NCBI GenBank assembly: GCA_036752905.1 | Contig: DAIORT010000007.1 | Span: 27,105-91,104 of the forward strand | Origin: Thermoanaerobacterales bacterium | Lineage (GTDB): Bacteria > Bacillota > Thermoanaerobacteria > Thermoanaerobacterales > UBA4877 | Length of the DNA stretch: 64,000 nt | Reading direction: 5' to 3' | Part shown: in pieces, positions 28,004-38,145 of the stretch | Layout of the letters: the number at the start of each line of letters is the position of its first letter | How positions within the stretch are numbered: position 1 is the first letter of the stretch | Translations under genes and position numbers: made by a program | Notes under the pieces: generated by a model | The model's input: the letters and a program-made list of their open reading frames with translations, nothing else | What the model was told of the DNA's origin: nothing | Databases searched by the model: none

Positions 28004-28028
28004 CCCGGGCAATAGGCCCGGGTTTTTT
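28004..28028. terminator. Rho-independent terminator (end of the sigma-54 operon; abuts the convergent gene)
   Basis: CCCGGGCaatagGCCCGGG is followed by TTTTTT. Confidence 0.75.
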
Positions 28029-29205
28029 AATCTCCGCTTACAAATTCTCCTATGCGCTTAAACGCTTCCTCTATATTTTTTAGCTGTGTTCCCAGATTGA
28101 TGCGGATATATCCTTCCCCGTTGCCTATAAATTCATTCCCGCTTTCCACCAACACACCTTTCTCCTTTGCAAGACGGTGGGTAAAGGTATCACTGTCCAT
28201 CTTGGTACTTTTTATATTAACCCACAGCAGATAAGAGGATTCCATTTCCATGTAAGAGAGCTGTGGAATATGGGTATCAATATAACGGCAAGCACAGCGG
28301 TAATTCTTTTTTAGGTAGTCTTTAAGTTCCTGTGTATATTCCTCCCCCTCATTGTAACATGCGACCAGTGCAATAATGCCGAATACCGTGGGTGAAGTAA
28401 TAGAATTTTTGGTTAGCCGGTCTCGGAAGGTCTTACGCAAATCATCATTTTCTATTATTGCATAAGAGGTTTTAAGGCCGCCTAAATTATACTGTTTATT
28501 TGGTGAAGACAGCAGAATTACATTGTGGAAAAGGGCTCCGGTCTCAATGGAGGATGTATATGTCCCGTCAAAGATGAGCCCGCTGTGGACCTCATCGGAA
28601 ATGACGATAGTCTCATACTTTTGGCACAGGGAAAGCAACGTATTAAGTTCCTCCCTGCTCCATATCCTTCCGGACGGATTGTGTGGGTTACAGAGCATAT
28701 AAAGCTTTGGCCGATATCTTTTTAACTGTTCTTCCATCTTGTTGAAATCTATATAATAGCGATTGTTTTTCACGATTAATTCATTTTCTATCACCTTTAC
28801 ACCATGGGCCTTAGCCGCCCTTTCAAAAGGCTGATATACCGGTGTACTCAGCATTACATAGTCATCTTTTTTGCAAAATGCCTGTACCGTATAATGAAGT
28901 GTTGAAACCGTGCCATAACACAATGTAAGCCATTCTCTTTTAGGTGATGTGTTATGATGCCGCTTGAAATAATTCATTACTGCTTCATAAAAGTCATCAT
29001 AGACATAGGTGTAGCCAAACACCCCGATATCCACGGCCTGATGCAGCTTATCAAGCAGCTCTTGCGGTGCACGGAAATCCATATCTGCAATCCACATGGG
29101 GATATAGTCATCTATCACCTCGCCGTATTGTTGTTCTATTATTTTTTTATCCCATTTGCGGCACTTCTCTGCAAAGCGGTCGGGGAAAACATCAAAATCA
29201 TTCAT
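28027..29205 (-). CDS. PatB/MalY-type PLP-dependent C-S lyase / class I-II aminotransferase
   Basis: The translation DRFAEKCRKWD...IPMWIADMDFRAP...NPHNPSGRIW...SPNKQYNLGGLK includes the PLP Lys context. Start ATG 29205 has GGGAGGAAGG upstream. Confidence 0.8.
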   Translation of the reverse strand: MNDFDVFPDRFAEKCRKWDKKIIEQQYGEVIDDYIPMWIADMDFRAPQELLDKLHQAVDIGVFGYTYVYDDFYEAVMNYFKRHHNTSPKREWLTLCYGTVSTLHYTVQAFCKKDDYVMLSTPVYQPFERAAKAHGVKVIENELIVKNNRYYIDFNKMEEQLKRYRPKLYMLCNPHNPSGRIWSREELNTLLSLCQKYETIVISDEVHSGLIFDGTYTSSIETGALFHNVILLSSPNKQYNLGGLKTSYAIIENDDLRKTFRDRLTKNSITSPTVFGIIALVACYNEGEEYTQELKDYLKKNYRCACRYIDTHIPQLSYMEMESSYLLWVNIKSTKMDSDTFTHRLAKEKGVLVESGNEFIGNGEGYIRINLGTQLKNIEEAFKRIGEFVSGD

Positions 29206-30262
29206 GTTCCTTCCTCCCGTGTGCAAAATCAACGGCAGACAGGAAAAATTCCTTATCCAGGCTTTTTATCAATTGTGTCATCAGCAATACAGCATTGTCC
29301 GCATCCAAAGAGCTGCCGATAGACCATGGGCTATGGCCGTACCGCAGCGGGATACCGATAACGGCACACACCGCGCCTTCGCGGGTCAGATGGGCCTGGC
29401 CGCCATCCGTACCGCCGTTACTGAACATATCCTGCTGCAGTGTTATAGCATTCTCATCAGCTATCCGCTGAATATGATCCAAAAAACGGGAAGACGGCAC
29501 CATGGTCTTATCATAATGCAAAAGCATTGGGCCGTGCCCTATCTGCCTGTTATTTGTGTGATTCCTTACAAGTTCATTTCTCCAGCAACCGACGTCAAGC
29601 ACAATTACAATGTCCGGTCTTACCTTGAATGCCGATGTTTTACCACCTCTCAGGCCAACCTCTTCGCTGGAGGTACCCACCATATATAGCGCATTGGGAA
29701 GCTTGTCTTTGTCCAGGCCTTTTAATGTCTCCGCCATCACATAGCATCCCATCCTGTCATCCAGGGCCTTGCCAGCAAATGTACCGTCTATACCATAGGC
29801 CTGGCATTCACTGCTGAATGTCACCATGTCACCTACCCTTATGCCGAGCGAATAAACCTGTTCATCGGAAACAGCCCCGATATCGGTTACCAGGTCCTTG
29901 ACATCGCCGTCATCATATACGGAATTTAAAACCCCGGGTATCTTTTGCCCAGACCTCGTCGTGACTCGTACTCCCTGCATAAACTTGGAGAATGTACGAA
30001 CACTTCCAACAGGGATGACATGCAGCATGCCGATCTCGCTGATGCTCCTTACCAGGAAACCCACTTCGTCCATATGGGCACATACCATTACCCGCGGGCC
30101 TCTATCGTCTCCATTCTTATGAAAGATGACAGAACCCAGCCTGTCAAAATCCATTTCATCCGAGAAATCCTTCATCTCGTCTATAAGTATGCCTCTTACC
30201 TCATCCTCATGCGATGCAACTGCATCTGCATCGCTTAACCTCTTTATCAAATCTATATTCAT
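29198..30262 (-). CDS. M42 family metallo-aminopeptidase (FrvX/CelM-like)
   Basis: The translation LSDADAVASHEDEVR...VMVCAHMDEVGFLV...GKALDDRMGC...SSEEVGLRGG matches M42 motifs. Confidence 0.85.
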   Translation of the reverse strand: MNIDLIKRLSDADAVASHEDEVRGILIDEMKDFSDEMDFDRLGSVIFHKNGDDRGPRVMVCAHMDEVGFLVRSISEIGMLHVIPVGSVRTFSKFMQGVRVTTRSGQKIPGVLNSVYDDGDVKDLVTDIGAVSDEQVYSLGIRVGDMVTFSSECQAYGIDGTFAGKALDDRMGCYVMAETLKGLDKDKLPNALYMVGTSSEEVGLRGGKTSAFKVRPDIVIVLDVGCWRNELVRNHTNNRQIGHGPMLLHYDKTMVPSSRFLDHIQRIADENAITLQQDMFSNGGTDGGQAHLTREGAVCAVIGIPLRYGHSPWSIGSSLDADNAVLLMTQLIKSLDKEFFLSAVDFAHGRKEHE

Positions 30263-30269
30263 AAATGGA

Positions 30270-31343
30270 TTACTCCTTATCTGTAATGATTAACTGCTTG
30301 GGTGAGTGGGTGAGTACCGAACGGCCGTCCTCTGTAACAAGCACGTCATCCTCAATCCTTACGCCGCCCAATCCCGGTATATATATGCCCGGCTCTACGG
30401 TAACAACCATACCGGCTAACATCCGCGACTGCTCGGTGGGAGATAGCCGTGGGTCTTCATGATCGCTTATTCCAAGGGAATGACCGAGGTTATGCCCGAA
30501 ATACTCTCCGTATCCGGCTTTTTCTATAACCGAACGGGCCGCACGGTCCACATCGCAAAAACGCTCGCCGGCACGTATAGCCTCAATTCCCTTTTGCTGA
30601 GCCTCCCTGACGGTTTCATAGACCTCTGCAAGTTTCCGGCCAGGCCGCTTGCCCACTGCAAAGCTACGCGTGATATCGGAACAGTACTGGCCCACCTTCG
30701 CGCCAAAATCCATGGTAACAAGATCACCGATCTCGATACGCTTTGTACCCGCCTTGGCATGCGGCATAGCACCTCTAATGCCACTGGCGACTATAGTGTC
30801 AAAAGACTCCTTCATCGCACCGTTTTTCTTCATAAAGTAAACCAGCTCGTTTGCAACCTCATCCTCCTGCATACCCGGCCTTACAAAATCCAGTATGTGC
30901 AAATAGGCCTGGTCAGCAATTTCACAAGCCGACCGTATCTTTTCAATCTCCCTCTCATCCTTTACCTCCCGGATAGGATTGATATTAACGGAAACCAACG
31001 AAGCGTGAAGCTTGCCTTTTAAGGTAATATACCGGTCATATGAAATATCATCCCCCTCAACACCTATGGTATGTATATCCTCCCTATCTATAATTTCATT
31101 TACGATCATATCATAGGTGTTTTCGGCAGTCATAAGTAAAACATGTCCTTCCCGGTTGTTTTGACGAACCTGCTCATAATAGCGCGAATCCACAATGACA
31201 TATTTCGCTTGCTGTGTAACCAACACATATCCTGAGTGGCTGTATAGGCCGGAAAGATAAAACTTATTATGATAAGATGTACACAGCATTGCCTGTACAT
31301 TAGATTCCGATAAAATCTTATGGCACTTTTCTAATCTGTTCAT
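30270..31343 (-). CDS. M24B Xaa-Pro aminopeptidase/dipeptidase
   Basis: The pita-bread fold motifs are [47 protein letters not shown]. Confidence 0.85.
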   Translation of the reverse strand: MNRLEKCHKILSESNVQAMLCTSYHNKFYLSGLYSHSGYVLVTQQAKYVIVDSRYYEQVRQNNREGHVLLMTAENTYDMIVNEIIDREDIHTIGVEGDDISYDRYITLKGKLHASLVSVNINPIREVKDEREIEKIRSACEIADQAYLHILDFVRPGMQEDEVANELVYFMKKNGAMKESFDTIVASGIRGAMPHAKAGTKRIEIGDLVTMDFGAKVGQYCSDITRSFAVGKRPGRKLAEVYETVREAQQKGIEAIRAGERFCDVDRAARSVIEKAGYGEYFGHNLGHSLGISDHEDPRLSPTEQSRMLAGMVVTVEPGIYIPGLGGVRIEDDVLVTEDGRSVLTHSPKQLIITDKE

Positions 31344-31400
31344 AATTTCCTCCTAAAATTAAGGAAGGGCAATATGCCCCTCCTTGTATATTCTTATATA

Positions 31401-32648
31401 TCAGTCGTTTGAGTCTACTTCCAGTTTTCCCTCTTTGATCTGCTTATTTCTCGCAAAGATAACTATAAGAGCTGTGATCAATGAACCGATGGCAATACCG
31501 GCAATATAGGCACCTATATTGGATATAAGCGGCCAGGCCCATATGGCGGATTCAGGGAACCACTGAACCGCGCCCAGGGCAACCCCTGCTGTCCCTCCGA
31601 CTATAGCACCTATCATATAGGCCGGCACGGCAATGGATGGCTTTTCCAGTGCAAAGGGTATGGAGCCCTCGCTGATACCCATGAATGCAAGAAATATAGC
31701 GGTCTTGCCCTGCGGATAAAACTGCCTGTCAAAAACATGCCTTCCCACTATATATTTATCTATCAGTGTAGCAAGACCAAGACCGATAGGAGGGATAACT
31801 ATAGCAATGCTGCGGGCCGTAATCGGCAGCAGCTTATCTGTTGTAAAGCTCAAAGCCACAAATCCTGCAGCCTTGTTGATAGGACCACCCAGGTCGATAG
31901 CCGTTGCTGCGGCAAGCACAATAGCATACCCATATTCTCCTGCGGCACCGGCTGCACTCAGAGCCACCTTTATCCAAGAATTTATTACCCCGCCAATAGG
32001 TGTAACAACATATTGCATACCAAGCATAACACTGACAGCAGCAATAATAGGAATAAGAAATGTTGTTTTAAAAGCAAGCATATTATGACTTAACTTAATA
32101 GTCTTATTCATCCATTTCACAAAATAACCAACTGCAATAGCAATAATGGTCGCTCCTAAAAACGTGGAAGCGACCGGAGTATTTGCCGCCCACTTGCCGT
32201 CCACAATGCTTAAGACAGAGGTCGGCTGCGTAGCTACCAGGCCTCCGATAAATCCGGCCGGGAATGCCATCTTACCGCCGATCGAATTCGCCATGAATGC
32301 TGCAAACATCGGTATGGCAAAGCTAAATAATGTCCCTCCGAATTCAGAAGCCAGATTGGCGAATTTCAGCCAGCCCAGCGCGGAACCGGTATAATTTCCG
32401 GAATTCATCGCATCTAATATTCCCATAGACGGATCGACACCCAGTATAACATAGGGTATAATCTGAGAAAATGCCAAAATCAATCCGCCCATAATCAGGA
32501 AAGGAATCATGTTGGAAATACCGGTCATTATATGCTTGGAAAATTCATCCCAAGTGCTTTTCTCTCCTGATGAAGGGTTAGTAGAACCAATATTAAGCTT
32601 TGTCTTATTGGCTCCGCCGTTTATTGCACTTCTTTTATGAACTGCCAT
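31401..32648 (-). CDS. PTS fructose-family EIIC permease
   Basis: The polytopic protein has GGPINKAA and ISEGSIPFA blocks typical of Fru-family EIIC. Confidence 0.85.
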   Translation of the reverse strand: MAVHKRSAINGGANKTKLNIGSTNPSSGEKSTWDEFSKHIMTGISNMIPFLIMGGLILAFSQIIPYVILGVDPSMGILDAMNSGNYTGSALGWLKFANLASEFGGTLFSFAIPMFAAFMANSIGGKMAFPAGFIGGLVATQPTSVLSIVDGKWAANTPVASTFLGATIIAIAVGYFVKWMNKTIKLSHNMLAFKTTFLIPIIAAVSVMLGMQYVVTPIGGVINSWIKVALSAAGAAGEYGYAIVLAAATAIDLGGPINKAAGFVALSFTTDKLLPITARSIAIVIPPIGLGLATLIDKYIVGRHVFDRQFYPQGKTAIFLAFMGISEGSIPFALEKPSIAVPAYMIGAIVGGTAGVALGAVQWFPESAIWAWPLISNIGAYIAGIAIGSLITALIVIFARNKQIKEGKLEVDSND

Positions 32649-32679
32649 TCTAACTCCTCCTTAAGGTACTAATTTTATA

Positions 32680-33009
32680 CTACTTCTCCGAGGCAATCAT
32701 TTCCTCAATCTCCTTAATTGTGCCCTTGGCGTTTTTAATAGCATCCTGCAGGCTGATTTCATACACATCGTAGTTATCAAAACGCTCATTATTCTCAGGT
32801 GTGATCGCCACAGCCTGGATGATAATGTCCGCCTCCGCCAGATCCTGCGGGGTAAGCTCGTTTTGAATACCATCCGCCCCCTGCGTTTCAATCTTCACAT
32901 CATACCCAAGCTCCTTTGCCGCTTCCTCCAGTGACTGTGCAGCCATAAAGGTATGGGCCAGGCCCATTGTGCATGCACACAGAGCCACTAATTTTTTCTT
33001 TTTTGTCAT
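32680..33009 (-). CDS. PTS fructose-family EIIB
   Basis: LVALCACTMGLAHTFMAAQSLEEAAKELG carries the active-site Cys loop of the Fru-type (CPTGIAHTYMA). Confidence 0.85.
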   Translation of the reverse strand: MTKKKKLVALCACTMGLAHTFMAAQSLEEAAKELGYDVKIETQGADGIQNELTPQDLAEADIIIQAVAITPENNERFDNYDVYEISLQDAIKNAKGTIKEIEEMIASEK

Positions 33010-33024
33010 AACCTGCGCCTCCTT

Positions 33025-33486
33025 TTAATTATTTAGTGCCTTTTCTACAATACCGAATATCTCATCGGGATCGCCTGAATTCAGCATGGTGCTTTGAAAA
33101 TCAGCGCTAACCAGTTTGCGCGCCAGTGAAGATATAAGCTTTAAGTGCACCGTACTCTCCACTTCTTTTGGAACCAGCAGCGCAAAAACCACCACTATCG
33201 GCTTCCCATCCATAGATGGCCAGTCTATACCATTCTTTGTTTTAACCACCATCACCGAAGGTCTTATGACATCCTCACAACGTGTATGCGGAATAGCAAA
33301 ACCGTCATCGAAGCCGGTACTCCCTTCATTCTCCCGCTCCATAAAACCATCGATTGTCCCCTTCTCACTTGTGCTTATACCCAGCTTCACCGCTTTTTTT
33401 GCAATAAAGGCCAGGCATTCCTCCTTTGTAGAAACATCCACATCCAAAAAAACATACTCCCTCTTAAAAACGCTATCTTTCTGCAT
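33025..33486 (-). CDS. PTS EIIA (fructose/mannitol type)
   Basis: GFAIPHTRCE is the phospho-His loop. I chose ATG 33486 (GAAGGTGA upstream). It overlaps the regulator stop. Confidence 0.8.
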   Translation of the reverse strand: MQKDSVFKREYVFLDVDVSTKEECLAFIAKKAVKLGISTSEKGTIDGFMERENEGSTGFDDGFAIPHTRCEDVIRPSVMVVKTKNGIDWPSMDGKPIVVVFALLVPKEVESTVHLKLISSLARKLVSADFQSTMLNSGDPDEIFGIVEKALNN

Positions 33487-35353
33487 ATGTGTCATCACCT
33501 TCAAAAGAAAATTTTTTTATAAATTCGTCATAAGATGAGGAATCAATCAGTTTGTTCACCTGCTTTATATCCTTTATGTGTCCGTACAACTGACGGAACA
33601 TAGATGCATTGGCACTTTCAGCACCATTAAAGCTGATAAAGAAGAGCAGCTGAACGTTTTCTTCCCCCCATTTAATTGGCTGTCTTAAAATACCTATCCC
33701 TATCACAGAAGGCAGATCCCCTTGAAAGATAGCATGAGGAACAGCCACCAAATTCCCAATGTCGGTAGAGGATTTCTCCTCCCTCATTTTTACCGCTTCC
33801 AATGTATCTTTTTGAATGAGGCCTTTAGACTTCATTCTCTCCCCAATCTCTTCAATTGCCTCATCCCGTGTTTGCGCCGTCAAGTGAAAAAATGCCTTCC
33901 GGCGAAATAAGGAAGTAAGATTGGGTTTTTTGTTCCCGCCATGGTATAAAGCATTCTTTATACGTACAATACAATCACTGCCCAAAAAATCCTCGATAAC
34001 CACCAGCGGAATATTACTATGATAATCATCTATATCAACGGTGGAAATAATAATATCAGGATCCTGAACAAGGGCGCTTTCAAGATAATGAATAGGATAA
34101 ACACCCACAATCTCAATCTCCGGTATTTCCCTGCTGATTCGCTCAGTAATAATCTGGCTTGTTCCCAATCCGTAGCTGCACAAAACAACGGCTTTCTTGC
34201 GGCTATTCATCCTCTCGTGGGATGCCCCGAAATGCATGGCGAGATACCCCAGCTCATCTTCGCTTATCTTAACGTCATAATCTTCTTCAATCTTCTGCGC
34301 CAAAAAAATCGCATAATTCATCTCCACAGGATATCTCTTTTTAATATGACCTAGCAAGGGATTCTTCACAGGTATACTCCCCTGCATCCGTTCCAACAGG
34401 ATTTTTATGTGCAAAGATAATGATTCAATAAGCTTTTTATCTGCGGAATAGTCACAACCTGAAATAAGTGAAATCTGTTTGACCTGATCAAGTACAAAGG
34501 CACGCAGGTTTTTTTCCACATCCAGTTTATCCGCCTCAAAACTCTGAATCACCGGTCCGGATAGCGCCGCAATATATTTAAACTCTTCATCACTCAGCCT
34601 AATATCAAAGGACTTAGCCAAGGGATCCATAATCCGGTGAATCTCCTCAAGATGATTTAAGTGACCGCCCTTAGGAAGAGTAATATGTGTCAAACGAAAA
34701 CCCTGCCTCACCCGTGAAAAGCAAACGGCAATACGCATAGAAAGATTACGGATATCCCTATCTGCCGCAACAACATGATCCTGCTTTAAGTTTTTAAAAA
34801 CGGTTTCATCTATCTGTTTGTACTCCTCTTCACTTATATAAGAAAGCTTAACCCGGAAATCACCTTGCCCGCTATAAAAACCTATATCAGTAAGCAGTGT
34901 GCGTATATTAGTCTCCTCACCCTCTATAAAAAGCCCGTAATATGGCTTTGAAGATAAAATAAGACCGTATTTATGAAGATAATCTCTAATGGAGGGCATA
35001 AGCTTATTTATAGTTGAAGTACTTAAGTATACATATTCAGAAAGCGTTTCTACAGTAACGGGCTGAAACCTAATGATCTCCAAAAGTATGCTAGTCACAC
35101 GTCCTGCATCATCATCGTAATATTCACTACGTAAAAGCTTCTTAATCGCTCTTATGTCACCCTTTAGCTCATAACCCACGTTGCTTGGAACAATCCCAAA
35201 TCCATACCTTTTTATCTCATTATTAATACTTTTGACATATCGTTTGACAGTTCGTGATGAAATGTCCATCAGCTTGGCAATGTCCTCTGCCGTCAGCGGG
35301 GACTGCGTATTACTGAGATGCTGTATCAGCTTAATCTGTGTATTTGTCAGCAT
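33473..35353 (-). CDS. PRD-domain transcriptional regulator (FrvR/LicR-like: HTH, PRD, EIIB-like and EIIA-like domains)
   Basis: The HTH is AEDIAKLMDISSRTVKRYVKSI. The PRD block is GYLAMHFGASHER. There is an EIIB-like VVLCSYGLGTSQII segment and a C-terminal EIIA-like LVAVPHAIF segment. Confidence 0.85.
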   Translation of the reverse strand: MLTNTQIKLIQHLSNTQSPLTAEDIAKLMDISSRTVKRYVKSINNEIKRYGFGIVPSNVGYELKGDIRAIKKLLRSEYYDDDAGRVTSILLEIIRFQPVTVETLSEYVYLSTSTINKLMPSIRDYLHKYGLILSSKPYYGLFIEGEETNIRTLLTDIGFYSGQGDFRVKLSYISEEEYKQIDETVFKNLKQDHVVAADRDIRNLSMRIAVCFSRVRQGFRLTHITLPKGGHLNHLEEIHRIMDPLAKSFDIRLSDEEFKYIAALSGPVIQSFEADKLDVEKNLRAFVLDQVKQISLISGCDYSADKKLIESLSLHIKILLERMQGSIPVKNPLLGHIKKRYPVEMNYAIFLAQKIEEDYDVKISEDELGYLAMHFGASHERMNSRKKAVVLCSYGLGTSQIITERISREIPEIEIVGVYPIHYLESALVQDPDIIISTVDIDDYHSNIPLVVIEDFLGSDCIVRIKNALYHGGNKKPNLTSLFRRKAFFHLTAQTRDEAIEEIGERMKSKGLIQKDTLEAVKMREEKSSTDIGNLVAVPHAIFQGDLPSVIGIGILRQPIKWGEENVQLLFFISFNGAESANASMFRQLYGHIKDIKQVNKLIDSSSYDEFIKKFSFEGDDTYAER

Positions 35354-35598
35354 CTAATCACCTCACCTGATTAATTCTCACCGTTAACTTTATTATAACT
35401 TTCTGTTCGGAAATTTCATTATAATCTTTGACATGGACCAGGGACAGCAAATATGGATCAACAAATCTGTTATTTATTTAAATCGGTTTAGCAAAAACTG
35501 TGCATCCTATATTACTATTTACCATTTCATATTTCTCATGCCTGTCTGTTCTATATTTATTATTTAATATAAAATCATGCTGGAAAATGCACAGTGGG

Positions 35599-35992
35599 CT
35601 AAAGATATAAATATGCCCGTATCCTGGCATAAGCTATTCCTTTAATAAAAATTAGGTAAGGCTGCCTCTCGTCGCCTACCGAATATATATCGCCCAAAGA
35701 CGGCATTACCTCAAGAGCTTTTTTCTGTGTCTCCTCGGAAGTTGCAAAAACAGCCTTGCCACAGATACGGAGCGTATTGCCCTTACCGTCATAGCAGGCT
35801 ATCTCAACTTTGGGATTAGCCACAAGTTGTTTTATACATGGCTTTATAGTTATCGGTGCAAAATGCCAGTTTGCCACCGCAATCCATAAAAAAACCAATA
35901 GGCCGCACGTGAGGCTGATCGCCATCCGTCGTTGCCAAATAGTATACCCCTGCCTTGTTTAAAAAGTCCAATACTTTTTTAAAAGCTTGTAT
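35599..35992 (-). pseudogene. Pyridoxamine 5'-phosphate oxidase-like (FMN-binding split barrel) gene, frameshifted
   Basis: The N-terminal frame reads ...FLNKAGVYYLATTDGDQPHVRPIGFFMDCGGKLAFCTDNYKAMYK. The continuation QLVANPKVEIACYDGKGNTLRICGKAVF... is in another frame. The shift falls in the A4 run (plus-strand T-run 35830-35833). No ATG opens the N-terminal frame. Confidence 0.55.
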
Positions 35993-36095
35993 TCAGGTTT
36001 ATACTATAATATGGTTATACGACTAAGTAAATATAATTTAAGAACGCAGATTATTATTACTTAGTATGTAAAAACATACTATTGAGATTTGAGGG

Positions 36096-36496
36096 ATGAG
36101 TAATGGATGCAAAAATAAAAAAGTGAGTGCAAGGTTAGCTGAACAATCAAATAAAGACTTGCTTTGTCCGATACGTTATATGTTGAATTTGCTTGGTGGA
36201 AAGTGGAAACTTCCTATTATATGTATGTTATCAGGCGGAACTCCATTAAGATTCAGCTCAATCAAAAGAAAATTGGGTGATATTTCAAACGTTATGTTGG
36301 CTCAGTCCTTGAAGGAGCTGGAATCATCCGGCATGATCCATCGCAAGCAATACCGCCAAGAGTGGAATATACCCTGACCAAGAAAGGCAAAAGCATACTG
36401 CCTGCATTTTCAAAACTTGCGGAATGGGCGGCAATCGATATGCAGCATGAAACCGCTTGTGGACCTTCGTGCGGCCAATGTCAGGCAACACTGTGA
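36096..36496 (+). pseudogene. HxlR-family winged-helix regulator, frameshifted
   Basis: CPIRYMLNLLGGKWKLPIICML...SLKELESSGMIHRKQY ends prematurely at 36377. The expected continuation (I)PPRVEYTLTKKGKSILPAFSKLAEWAA runs in another frame from about 36350 to the stop at 36494-36496. Confidence 0.55.
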
Positions 36497-36630
36497 TAAT
36501 ATTTGAAGGAAGCAGCCGTATAATTTGGCTACTCCCTTTAATTCCTGTTGACATCTCATAAACATATATTATCTTAACCGAAACGGCTTTACTGAAATTG
36601 TTTATTATCTGTCTGCAATGGCCCAAATAT

Positions 36631-37515
36631 CTATTCCTCAAATGTGAGATTAACCGGCCCTTCGGGAAGTCCGCTGCTTATATCCACGTCTGTCGTCGGA
36701 ACACTGTCGTCTACCAATTCAAAACGGACATTATCCAGCCACAGCTTTCCTTTGCCGCTTAAAAGCATACCCATGCTGACAACCGCGCTATTCTCCGGTA
36801 CATCAAGCACGACGAAATAATAATTCCAATCGGTACTTCCCTTTATCGCACGGCTTTGCATATTATCAAACTTTAATATATTGGTGTTTACACCATCAAT
36901 GCGTACCCAAAGACCGCCCCAGCCCTCTACATCAGCTGCTTTGACAAAACCTGAAAACCGGATTCTTTTCCCCAGATAGTTTGCAGCTTTAAACTGTTGC
37001 ATAACCGTTCCAAAGTCATCCTCTTCCATTTTCACTTCACGGCTCTTCAGAGAAACACTTTTTGCTCCTTTAAATAACATCTCTTTATCCAGTCCGTATT
37101 CATACTTTTTAGGTGTGCTTCCCGTCATGAACCATCCGGGAATAACCTTATTATTATCCATATTAATAACCTCCTCATCAATAATCAATCTGTGCATCAC
37201 TCTGCGGTATTTACCGGGAGGAAGAGTATATATTTTTTTGAACGCACGAGTAAATGCCTCCTGGGAATTAAACCGGCAAATCATAGTAATCTCCATAATA
37301 GACATATCAGTCGACATAAGCAGCCTTGCCGCTTTCGCCATTCTACGGCTTTTTATATATTCCCACATGTTCATTCCCGTCTCCCGCTTAAATATGCGTG
37401 CAAAATGATATTTAGAAAAACCCGCTTGCCCAGCAAGTATATCCAATGCTAAATCATCAAAAAGATGCCGCTCTATATGTGTAATCGTACCTTGAATATA
37501 TTTAGAGTAATCCAT
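36631..37515 (-). CDS. AraC-family transcriptional regulator with an uncharacterised C-terminal beta-rich domain
   Basis: The AraC HTH pair is LAGQAGFSKYHFARIFKRETG...MEITMICRFNSQEAFTRAFKKIY. Start ATG 37515 follows AGGAGG. Confidence 0.8.
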   Translation of the reverse strand: MDYSKYIQGTITHIERHLFDDLALDILAGQAGFSKYHFARIFKRETGMNMWEYIKSRRMAKAARLLMSTDMSIMEITMICRFNSQEAFTRAFKKIYTLPPGKYRRVMHRLIIDEEVINMDNNKVIPGWFMTGSTPKKYEYGLDKEMLFKGAKSVSLKSREVKMEEDDFGTVMQQFKAANYLGKRIRFSGFVKAADVEGWGGLWVRIDGVNTNILKFDNMQSRAIKGSTDWNYYFVVLDVPENSAVVSMGMLLSGKGKLWLDNVRFELVDDSVPTTDVDISSGLPEGPVNLTFEE

Positions 37516-37695
37516 GGGTTTTTCCTCCTGATTATCAGTATAACGCATAACCATCTACATTGTCTTGATTTAAATTGCGGTTTTGATATCTTGTATAAAA
37601 GGCGGGATAACTCCATGCGAATATGATACATTATACCATGCTCTGTATACTTCAACTATCGGTAGATATAAAAAAACGCTCATGATGACGAGCGT

Positions 37696-38145
37696 TTATT
37701 TATCTTCATCCTTATTATTTTTTTCTTGCTTTTCGTCCACGGCCTCCTCAAGTGTCTTCCAAGGCAGGAGAGCGCACTTCACACGGGCCGGGAAATCGGA
37801 AACCCCCGCCAGGGCCTGTGCATCTCCCAGGTCATCCAGATCAACATCTTTTTTGTATATCATATCTGTAAATTCCTGCACGAGCTTTTTGGCTTCATCA
37901 ATCTTCTTGCCCCTTATAAGGTCAATAAGCATAGACGTGGAGGCCTGGCTTATGGCACATCCTTGTCCAGTAAATGATGCATCTGTGATGATGTCTCCGT
38001 CTGTTTTGATATATAAGGTTATGACATCTCCGCACAGGGGATTGTGTCCCTTTTCTTCTATGTTAGCACCATCAATCTTCTTTTTATTTGGAGACTTCTG
38101 TGAGTGCTCCAGTATTATTTCCGAATAAAGCTGGTTAAGGTTCAT
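37696..38145 (-). CDS. sufU: Fe-S cluster assembly scaffold SufU
   Basis: NPLCGD...GQGCAISQAS...ARVKCALL are the three Cys ligand blocks. The gene is last in the suf operon. Confidence 0.9.
   Translation of the reverse strand: MNLNQLYSEIILEHSQKSPNKKKIDGANIEEKGHNPLCGDVITLYIKTDGDIITDASFTGQGCAISQASTSMLIDLIRGKKIDEAKKLVQEFTDMIYKKDVDLDDLGDAQALAGVSDFPARVKCALLPWKTLEEAVDEKQEKNNKDEDK

Noticed and set aside
36324-36641. 105-aa minus-strand ORF between the HxlR remnant and the AraC gene
   Set aside because: It overlaps the C-terminal part of the frameshifted HxlR reading frame. It has no RBS or motif and an odd composition, so it is probably spurious.
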